DNA of 60,619 bases, the filler included. It is 3 parts of 3 records of this genome, joined end to end, with 100 filler letters (N's around TTAATTAATTAA, not from the genome) between each part and the next. Parts side by side here need not be neighbours in the genome. Positions count along the whole stretch, not along the records: positions 1 to 28,512 come from SRR31156797_2146; 2 more parts are not named here. The stretch is one strand, 5' to 3'. Positions 8,871 through 17,407 of the stretch are shown in pieces. Below the pieces are notes generated by a model. It was given only the letters and a program-made list of their open reading frames with translations, was not told the DNA's origin and did not search any database. The position numbers and the translations under genes are program-made. The number at the start of each line of letters is the position of its first letter. Position 1 is the stretch's first letter.

Positions 8871-10567
8871 TGCACACTCCCGCTCTTGGGTGATTCAGTT
8901 CCTTCCGGCGCGACATCTATTTTAGGAAAAAGTACATTCGGTTTCGGCTTGTTTCCGAGGTCGATAATAACATCCGCACGCTGCATGAGCCGCATATCCT
9001 GCGAAACAATAACCATGGTTTTCTTCGCCTTAACCATACTTTGGATAATCATGTCCATGGCCCGCAACCCTTCAATATCAAAACCCTCGGCAGGCTCATC
9101 AAGCACAGCAACAGCTCCCTGAACAGTAAGGGCTCGGGCAAGGGCAAGCCTGCGCCGGATCCCCACTGCAAGTTCAGCTCCGCCATTAACCACCTGCGCT
9201 TCAAGACCCTGAATACTGGTATCGAGATACTTTTTAAGCCCTGCTATCTCCACAACCCGGTTCAGCCGTTCGCCATCCATGTTCGGATTGTTCAGACAAA
9301 TATTTTCCCTGATGGTAGCATTCAGGAAAGTAGGCTCCTGCGGCAAATACATGACCTGCTTTCGCCACCATGGTGCGGAAAGCTGACGGACATCCACTCC
9401 GCCCACAAGGATCTGCCCCCGGCCAGGATCGATAAGCCCCAGCAGTAACCGCACAAGAGAAGTTTTACCGGCCCCGTTATGCCCGGTAACAATAACGATA
9501 TTCCCCGGCTCAATATTCACATCCAACCCCTCGAAAAGAGGTCCGGTAGAACCGGGGTAGGCAAAACCGAGGTCTTTAATTTCAATTGCCCCCCGGTACC
9601 CCTTGAGTTCTGTACCAGTCTCGGATTCAAGAGGCTGGCGGACAAATTCGTGCAAAGATTGCATCATCTGTCCGGCCTGCGCGATCATTACCCGTGATTT
9701 CATAAAAGATGCAGATACAGCCAGAGCCTTGCCGGAAAGTATGGATGCCCCGATCAGTCCACCGGTACTCATTGATCCGGCAACAACCTCACGCGCCCCC
9801 ACTGCATAAACCATAACCCGCAACAACATGGCGATACTCTGCAAGACAGCCTGCCCGCGGGTTCCGCTTTGAACCATATCCCGCTTGATCTGCTGCAATT
9901 TGTCCATCTGAGCTTGAAAAACTCCGGTCAGATGTCCACGCCCGCCGAATGCACGGACGGTATCAGCCCCGCTGATGGCATTAGCTAGATTGCCACGATG
10001 AACCACGGATTCATTACGCATGGTATCGGTCATCCGCTTACCCCGGCGCATGTTCAACCACCCCGCAAGCATGGAACACCCGATAGCCAGCATGGTAATC
10101 AAAGCCAACACCGGACTGAGGAAAAAAGTAGCTCCCACAAAAAGGAGAAAGAAAGGCATATCCAAAACAGAGCTGATCACTGAGGCATCATAGCCGGACT
10201 GCACAACCTGAATCCCGCTCATGAGCTCGTGAATACGGGCTGGGGGAATCCTGCCCAGTGTGTTCATTTTAGCCCGGGCAAGGCAGCCCAGTACAGTCTC
10301 GGAAAGCACGCGATCCGGCCCCACATTAACAGCCGAAGCCAGACGGACTCGGATCAAAGTGAAGGCATGGTTCAAAACCCCGGCAATGAGCATTCCGACG
10401 GTCAGTGTAATCAGGGTCCCGTCAAACCCATAACCCACGTAACGGTTCAGAACCTGAATAACGAAGATAGGTGAGGCAAGGGAAAGGATATTAATAAAAA
10501 AAGACGCGAGGCAGATCTCAAAGGCCAAAAACGGATGTAACGACAATCTCCTCAACAACTCTCTCAT
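8867..10567 (-). CDS. Type I secretion ABC transporter (TMD+NBD), degenerate signature
   Basis: NILSLASPIFVIQVLNR TMD start, Walker A GHNGAGKT, Walker B VLDEP; signature LAVGIRRR; H-loop VSQD. Confidence 0.92.
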   Translation of the reverse strand: MRELLRRLSLHPFLAFEICLASFFINILSLASPIFVIQVLNRYVGYGFDGTLITLTVGMLIAGVLNHAFTLIRVRLASAVNVGPDRVLSETVLGCLARAKMNTLGRIPPARIHELMSGIQVVQSGYDASVISSVLDMPFFLLFVGATFFLSPVLALITMLAIGCSMLAGWLNMRRGKRMTDTMRNESVVHRGNLANAISGADTVRAFGGRGHLTGVFQAQMDKLQQIKRDMVQSGTRGQAVLQSIAMLLRVMVYAVGAREVVAGSMSTGGLIGASILSGKALAVSASFMKSRVMIAQAGQMMQSLHEFVRQPLESETGTELKGYRGAIEIKDLGFAYPGSTGPLFEGLDVNIEPGNIVIVTGHNGAGKTSLVRLLLGLIDPGRGQILVGGVDVRQLSAPWWRKQVMYLPQEPTFLNATIRENICLNNPNMDGERLNRVVEIAGLKKYLDTSIQGLEAQVVNGGAELAVGIRRRLALARALTVQGAVAVLDEPAEGFDIEGLRAMDMIIQSMVKAKKTMVIVSQDMRLMQRADVIIDLGNKPKPNVLFPKIDVAPEGTESPKSGSVQ

Positions 10568-10611
10568 GTGACCGATCCCCTGTCCAAAGTAAGAAAATCA
10601 AAAACTGCCCT

Positions 10612-10651
10612 GAAAAAGAAAATTCCATGAGCATGCACACATGGAATTTTC
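10612..10651 (-). terminator. Intrinsic terminator between tolC-like and ABC genes
   Basis: GAAAATTCCATG / CATGGAATTTTC stem followed by a T-tract on the minus strand. Confidence 0.6.
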
Positions 10652-10678
10652 AGTAAACTTCTAAATAACGCTTAAAGC

Positions 10679-12022
10679 TTATTTGAAAACATCGATGTTC
10701 ATCATGCCCATCTCATAGAGAAGCTTGTAGGCAAAAATAATGTTATCAATGTCAGCAGTAACGCTGGCACTGGTGGCTGTAGAGTAATCCCTTTCACCGA
10801 CAAGAATATCAAGCAACTCCACCTGTTCCCCGGTGGCTCTCTTTTTCTTGATTAACTCAAGGAATTCCGCAGTAATATTAGCCTGTGTCCTGTAAAGTTC
10901 TGCATTCTTACGCAAGGTCATAAGCTCAAGCCAAGCGTTGCGGACATTTTCCTCAACAGTACGGCGCACATCAAGGGTCTGCTTGCGGATTTCGCGCAGA
11001 TTGGCTTTGGCTGCCTGAGTTGCCTCGTATTCATAAAGGCCGGAAAAGCCGGAATAACCGACCTGAAAGGTTGCCTTGTTCTCGGTTCTTACGCCACTGG
11101 CACCCTGATCCTGTTCCCTTCGCTTGCCCTCAAGCACAAATTCGAACTTGGGGTAAAGGGTGGCTTCCTGCACATCAACATCGTGGGAAAGCCTTTCTTT
11201 TGAAAATTTAAGCTGCAATAACAGCGGGTTCTGAGCCTGCGCCTGAGAGATTGCATCATCAAGGGATGCAGGCATATAGCTGGCAGGCATGGACACCGGA
11301 ACCATTTTCTCAATCTCTTCCATAGTAATGGGAAATCCGTAAACAGCCTTAAAACGGTTACGTTGAGTCTGCAAAGAACGCTCTACAGTAACTCTGTAAG
11401 AAGTTGCCCCGGCAAGTTGAGCCTTGATCTGGAGTTCCTTGTAGGAAAGCCCGGCTCCGCGCTTAACCAAAGTCTCTTCCATACCGGAAAGACGCTTCAT
11501 ACTCTCTTCGGACTGGATGGCATACTTGAGAGTTTCCCGTGCCCGGATAAGTTCGAGATAGGCCTGAACTCCCTGAATCATCAGTTCCTGACGAGTCTGT
11601 TCAAGAACAGCCTTATATTCGCTCAGCAAGGCTTTGCTGCTGTCGATATCACTATTTACACCGCCGAAATCCCAAAGAAGCTGGGTAGCCTGAAGACTTT
11701 GTTCGTTACGACCTTTGTTGGTTCCGCCGCCGGGCTTGTCAATTTCTTCACGCCCTCCTTCAACTGTAACATCGAATGTGGGAGTCCATCCGGACCAACT
11801 CTGGGAGACAAGGTGTTCAGCAGATTCAACACGTGCTTCAGCTGCCTTGATGCGGTCATGCGTGGAGAGAAGATCATTGAGGATTGCTCTGAGATAAGGC
11901 CTGCCGTCAGCCTGATCCGGATTCATGGGAGCCATTTCCTGCTGTGCCGAAGCAATGCTGAACGCCCCTGCCATCATGCAGAGCGCCAAACTCAAAATTA
12001 AAACTTTAATTGCTTTCACCAC
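10679..12022 (-). CDS. TolC-family outer membrane protein
   Basis: Signal peptide, ATQLLWDFGG, two OEP repeats; GGAGG before GTG 12022/12019. Confidence 0.9.
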   Translation of the reverse strand: MVKAIKVLILSLALCMMAGAFSIASAQQEMAPMNPDQADGRPYLRAILNDLLSTHDRIKAAEARVESAEHLVSQSWSGWTPTFDVTVEGGREEIDKPGGGTNKGRNEQSLQATQLLWDFGGVNSDIDSSKALLSEYKAVLEQTRQELMIQGVQAYLELIRARETLKYAIQSEESMKRLSGMEETLVKRGAGLSYKELQIKAQLAGATSYRVTVERSLQTQRNRFKAVYGFPITMEEIEKMVPVSMPASYMPASLDDAISQAQAQNPLLLQLKFSKERLSHDVDVQEATLYPKFEFVLEGKRREQDQGASGVRTENKATFQVGYSGFSGLYEYEATQAAKANLREIRKQTLDVRRTVEENVRNAWLELMTLRKNAELYRTQANITAEFLELIKKKRATGEQVELLDILVGERDYSTATSASVTADIDNIIFAYKLLYEMGMMNIDVFK

Positions 12023-12200
12023 ACAATCCTCCCCAAAAGAACTAAACATATTAAACAGATAAGACTAAATACTTTCTTAATCTAAACTTTATTGTACCAG
12101 ATATATATAAATTTAATTGAAAAATCCAGACGATTCATACATATATAAATAGTATTTACAATTATCTATTAACATAAATTCTAGCCCATATCCAAAAAAA

Positions 12201-14557
12201 ATGCTGAACGTACTAAAAAAAATAGCCGGGTCTGATTCATTCTTTCTGCTCCTCACCGGGTTGGCGGTCTCCATTCTGGTCGCTTCCCTCTATATTTTTC
12301 AACCACCCATCCTGCAATTCGTGGATTATAAAATCTATGACCAATTCATGCGTTCCAGCCCTGTAGGCACTAAAACAAACATCCCGGTAATAGTTGATAT
12401 TGATGATGAAAGCCTTGCCGAACTGGGACAATGGCCGTGGCCCCGCTACCGCATGGCTTTGCTGCTGGCTAAAATACATCAGGCCGGGGCCCTTTCCACC
12501 GGACTTGATATTCTCATCGGGGAACCGGACGCACTTCTCCGGCCACCATTAAAAAAAGCCTGCGCGAAGAATTGGGCGTAACAGTTAACTTCAAAGGGTT
12601 GCCTCAAGGACTGATGGACAACGATCTGGTCTTGGCTGATGTCCTTAAAAGCGGCCGTTTTGTGCTCGGTTTCTATTTTGATTTTCTAGAAGGACAGACT
12701 CCATCTGTGAATGACCTGCCCTGCTTTGCCAAGCCATTGCCCGTTGCCCAGATCAGAGCCAAGGGCGCACCGCCGCTCAAGGATTTGACCCTGAGTGCAC
12801 TGGATGCAATCTGTCCTCTCCCCGTATTGGCAAAAGCCTCCCCTTTGTGCGGTTTTTATAACTCCATTACTGATTATGACGGAGTAGTCCGCCGGGTCCC
12901 GCTGATTATCAACATGGACGGCAAGCAATATCCAAGCCTTGCCCTTGCTACGCTCATGAAGGCACTGGGCCGCAAGAACATCATTGCCAAAACCAGCCCC
13001 ATCGGCATCGAATCAATCCGCGTCGGCAAGACCACCATCCCCGTGGATGCCAAAGGGCAGATGCTGGTCCGCTACCGGGGCGGCATGGAAGAATTCCCCT
13101 ACTACAGTGCCAAGGATATCCTCAGCGGTAAGGTCGGGGAAAAAGAACTGAAAGGCAAAATAGTATTCATGGGTACCTCTGCCGCGGGACTTCGCGATTT
13201 AAGAGTTACCCCCTTTGCATCGGACTATCCCGGAGTGGAAGTCCACGCCACCATAGTAGACAACATCCTAACCCGAGATTTCCTTCTCAAACCAGACTGG
13301 GTACCCGGCCTTGAGTTGCTGCTAGTAATGACTGCGGGCATAATTTCCATGATCCTGCTGACGTGGTCACGTTCCATGTGGATGATCCTGCCCATCGCGG
13401 GAATGGGTACAGGAATTGTTTATGGATCACTTTATATTTTCCAAAGTTACAACGCCTATCTTACGCCTATGTATGCTCTGATTGCACTGGGCACAAACTT
13501 CACCCTGCTGACTCTGATCAAATTCTGGCGCGAGGAAGGTCAGAAAAAATTCCTGCAGGCCACTTTCTCCTCTTATCTGGCCCCGGAGCTGATCGACGAA
13601 ATGTTCTCCAACCGAGAAATGCCCGAGCTGGGCGGTGAAGCAAGGCAGGTTACCGCCTACTTTACCGACATCCAGAGTTTCTCCACCTTCTCGGAAAAAC
13701 TGACCGCGCCGCAGTTGGTTGATCTACTCAACGAATATCTCTCGGTCATGACCGATATTCTTATCGAAGAGAAAGGAACCCTCGATAAGTACGAAGGTGA
13801 TGCGATTATCGCCTTTTTCGGCGCACCCATGGATGTGCCGGACCACGCCCTGCGCGCCTGCCGGGTGGCGGTAAAAATGCAACGGGCCGGAATCGAATTA
13901 CGCGAGAAATGGGCCAAAGAAAGACAGCTGCCCGATGAACCGGACCGCAACACCAAAAATTTCCCTGAAGAACAATGGGCCAAGGGCGAAAAATGGCCCA
14001 GAGTTGTCCACAACATGCGTACCAGAATCGGGGTCAACTCCGGTGAAATAGTGGTCGGAAACATGGGATCATCCATGCGCATGAACTACACCATGATGGG
14101 TGACGCGGTTAACCTCGCCGCCCGTCTGGAGGAAGGCGCCAAGCAGTTCGGTATCTTTACTGCAGTCTCTCATTTTACGCTTGATCTAGAAGTGGAAGTT
14201 GATGGCGAACCCCATAAACTTCTTGATCTCGTGGAAGCACGGCTTATCGATAATATTCAGGTGGTCGGTAAAAATGAACCAGTGCGCATCTACGAACTGG
14301 TAGCCATGAAGGGCGGCCTCACCGAGAGTGAAGAAATCCTCTTCGACCTCTTCAACAAAGCCCGCGAAGAATACGTCGCCCAGAATTGGGACAAAGCCAT
14401 TGAACTATACAAAGAAGCCAACAAATACGAACTCTACGACGATACTAAGTTCACGCCATCGGATGTGTTCATCAAGCGCGCCGAGGAACACAAGCTCAAT
14501 CCGCCTGTCCCCGAAGGAGAAATTTGGGATGGGGTTTATCGGATGACTAAGAAGTAG
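12201..14557 (+). pseudogene. CHASE2-domain class III adenylate cyclase, split by a 1-nt frameshift near 12530
   Basis: ORF1 has IVDIDDESLAELGQWPWPR; ORF2 has FTDIQSFS, LDKYEGDAI, YTMMGDAVNLAARLE; adding one C at GAC|GC restores EPDRTSP and a single ORF. Confidence 0.85.
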
Positions 14558-17330
14558 GGTAAATTAGCCAACTTGGTCTAATCTTCCCTATTTCTAAAAG
14601 ATAATTATTCACCACAGAATTATCAGATTTATTCCCTAAGAGGCACAACTCATTATAAAAATAGCGACACTGTTCCCAATCTCTTTTCTTATCTGCTAAC
14701 AACATTAAGTTCCAGGCAGAGTTAGCTTGAATTGTGAGAATCTCAGACTTTTTACATGTAGGTGAAATTAACGATGTTAAATAGGTATATAATGGTTTAG
14801 CTTTGCAAAAATCTTCTAATAAGCAATAACCATAAACCAGATTACCGACTGCTCCAACTTTCATTAGTTCTATTTCAGCATTATCTGAGAGACTAGCACT
14901 TAAATTGATTAAATCAGTATAAAACATTTCAGCCTTCGACAATTCACCTACTTTAGCCCTTCCTATCAACATCGTAGCTAAGGCCTGAACCAGCATCAAG
15001 GATATTTCTGGCTCACTAAAATCATCTACTTGTACCATCCTCAAATCATCATAAATCATCTCAGATTTACTTAAGTTCCCTGCTTCTTCATATTTACTAA
15101 TTAAAAAAGCTGACAATTTAACGAATTGCATTATAATTTCCGAGTCACAAGAGTCAAAATCAAGCAACTTCATCAAACAGCCATAAAAAGCCTCTAACTT
15201 AGACAAATCAACTGAATCGCCATAAACATCACAAAGCATCTCCAAAGCAAGATACAAAGTATACGTTATAGGTAAACTGTCTGGGAAAGTGACCGTTTGA
15301 GAAACTAAGTCCTCGTAAAAATGCTCAGCACGATTTAAATTTCCAATTTTCACATATCCATCAATTAGAGAAAAGGCCGACGCAACTTGTGATATAACGA
15401 TCTCATACCTATTTGAATGAATGTTGAGCGTCGACATTAGATCCTCATACAAAGCCTCCGCTTTAGAAAAATTATTTATACGAGAGTACCCCCGGATAAG
15501 TCTAAAAGTTGCGTCAGCCAACTCTGCAACGAGCTCGTTGGAAGTAGATGCCTTTTCTACAAACTTTTCTAAGTTTCCGTAAAAACGTTCCCCCTTAGGA
15601 ATATCACCTTCCTCGACACTCTGATCAATAAAGCGAACGATAACAGTAGCCCAGAAATGCAAAGAAAACGAATCCGCAAAGCGAGGAGGCTGAATCAATT
15701 CAGAGAACATAGAATGATCTGAATAGTCCAAGCTTAATTTCGCAAGAAAAAAAGAGGTTTCAATAGGATTGTTACTCCATGCTATATTTATAACATCTTT
15801 CCTGAATTTATTTTCCGCAAACGTAACCTCATCATCCATAAGAAAATTCAAAACAAAAAACTCGCCCACAAGGTCTGGTTCCCATGGAGGAACAAAATGC
15901 ACCACCGCAGACTTTTTCTCCACTTTACAATTCAATGCCTTGAAACGTTCTTTATGTCGTATCAAATCAGACAATGAAGTTATACAATCTGGCAAAACAT
16001 AATCATCTTTTGTAGAAAGCCCACCGACAATAGTTGCCAAAGCTAATAAAGCCTTATCACTCTCAGTTACTCCATTAGAGGACCAGAACATGTTCTCTTC
16101 CCGTTCAATAACATCCAATAGAAGTAATTCACGGCTATATTCCCTACCCTCTCCTCCCTTTGCAAGTGCGGCAGCAAAATATGCTGCAAACAAAGGACGC
16201 ATTAATGGATCAATTGTTTTCAGCTTCTCTAAATGTTCGCTCCAAGAATCTGGGATATCTCTATTTTCTACTTCATAAAAAAAATTAAAAATACCTTTTA
16301 CTAACTCAGGTTCTGATTGTCTTAAAAGATATGCTGCCTTGGAATAACTTACTCGGCTTAAATCTGCATTTTTGAATAATGTTTTGAGCTTATAGTCAGC
16401 ATTCTCTCTATCTAAAATTAATACGCGCACATTGTAATTAAAAAATTCCGCCTGATCACTCAGGTGTTCAAGAATTTCTTTCAGTCGTCCTTCATCCTTT
16501 GTGGCATAGTCAATAACAATCAGCGTAGGTTGACAAGGTATCCAATTCTCAAAATCAAATTTAATATTACGCAATACCCCCGCACGATATACACCACCAT
16601 GGCGACAACAAAATTCGAGCGCAAGTCTACTCTTTCCAACGCCGCCAGGACCTAAAATTGCCTGCCAACAAAATCTTTTGTCACTATACAAAAATTCATC
16701 AAGAAAACTTAACTCCTTATCCCTACCCACGAACGGTATATACTGAGAGCGATAAATAAACCTTGAACGTTCATCATCGCTTTCATAAACGCTTTTAAAT
16801 TTTGGTTGAGGCTTAAGCAAACCTATAATGCACTCTAAATCCCCCTTCATTTCATCAAGCATGTCCATCTGATATAGAGCTGCCTGCAAATCTATGGACA
16901 ATACCTTCCGGTGTTCCATATCCCCGGCAGAACGATCTACTTTCCGCTCCAAACGAACTATTAAAGCTTCTTCCACCTGAGTCTGCTGACTAGTTTGCGT
17001 TCTTAAATTTTCAAGCTTCTCAATAAAATTCCTAGCCCAATCAAAACGTGTAACCCTACTCAGAAGTTTTTGCTTCATCACATCTGACATCACTTTTCCA
17101 GCATACTGACCACAGGAAACAATCAAAGGTGTGATTAACTTCAAACCAAGCATAACCTGCCAGCGTGGCAAGCCATGTTCATCAACTAACCAATCGGCAA
17201 CATGCTTAGACATATCGACATCAGACAACCATTTGATTAAGTTGTTAGATTCGGCAAGATCCTTTAAAGATTCTTCAACATTAAATGAAGATGATGCGGA
17301 GCTATTACACATAGTCATTTTATAACACAC
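14547..17330 (-). CDS. STAND-like P-loop NTPase with C-terminal 44-aa helical (TPR-like) repeats
   Basis: FVGRDKEL, Walker A GPGGVGKS, Walker B LIVIDYA, VRVLILDR; eight repeats of GxLxKAExFYxDL type; AT-rich; start codon uncertain (17330/17318/17312). Confidence 0.8.
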   Translation of the reverse strand: MCYKMTMCNSSASSSFNVEESLKDLAESNNLIKWLSDVDMSKHVADWLVDEHGLPRWQVMLGLKLITPLIVSCGQYAGKVMSDVMKQKLLSRVTRFDWARNFIEKLENLRTQTSQQTQVEEALIVRLERKVDRSAGDMEHRKVLSIDLQAALYQMDMLDEMKGDLECIIGLLKPQPKFKSVYESDDERSRFIYRSQYIPFVGRDKELSFLDEFLYSDKRFCWQAILGPGGVGKSRLALEFCCRHGGVYRAGVLRNIKFDFENWIPCQPTLIVIDYATKDEGRLKEILEHLSDQAEFFNYNVRVLILDRENADYKLKTLFKNADLSRVSYSKAAYLLRQSEPELVKGIFNFFYEVENRDIPDSWSEHLEKLKTIDPLMRPLFAAYFAAALAKGGEGREYSRELLLLDVIEREENMFWSSNGVTESDKALLALATIVGGLSTKDDYVLPDCITSLSDLIRHKERFKALNCKVEKKSAVVHFVPPWEPDLVGEFFVLNFLMDDEVTFAENKFRKDVINIAWSNNPIETSFFLAKLSLDYSDHSMFSELIQPPRFADSFSLHFWATVIVRFIDQSVEEGDIPKGERFYGNLEKFVEKASTSNELVAELADATFRLIRGYSRINNFSKAEALYEDLMSTLNIHSNRYEIVISQVASAFSLIDGYVKIGNLNRAEHFYEDLVSQTVTFPDSLPITYTLYLALEMLCDVYGDSVDLSKLEAFYGCLMKLLDFDSCDSEIIMQFVKLSAFLISKYEEAGNLSKSEMIYDDLRMVQVDDFSEPEISLMLVQALATMLIGRAKVGELSKAEMFYTDLINLSASLSDNAEIELMKVGAVGNLVYGYCLLEDFCKAKPLYTYLTSLISPTCKKSEILTIQANSAWNLMLLADKKRDWEQCRYFYNELCLLGNKSDNSVVNNYLLEIGKIRPSWLIYPTS

Positions 17331-17344
17331 TCACCACAACACAC

Positions 17345-17383
17345 CAAACAAAAATCCCCCTGCCGCACCGCGACAGGGGGATT
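17345..17383 (-). terminator. Intrinsic terminator after the cysteine synthase fusion gene
   Basis: AATCCCCCTG / CAGGGGGATT stem with a T-tract on the minus strand. Confidence 0.8.
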
Positions 17384-17407
17384 CTTAATTCTATATCCAA
17401 ATAATTC

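Noticed and set aside
12201-17330. Cyclase next to a STAND protein as a cyclic-nucleotide defence system (Pycsar/CBASS-like)
   Set aside because: The cyclase is an ordinary membrane CHASE2 signalling enzyme with host-like composition, is convergent rather than co-transcribed, and the STAND protein shows no cNMP-binding domain
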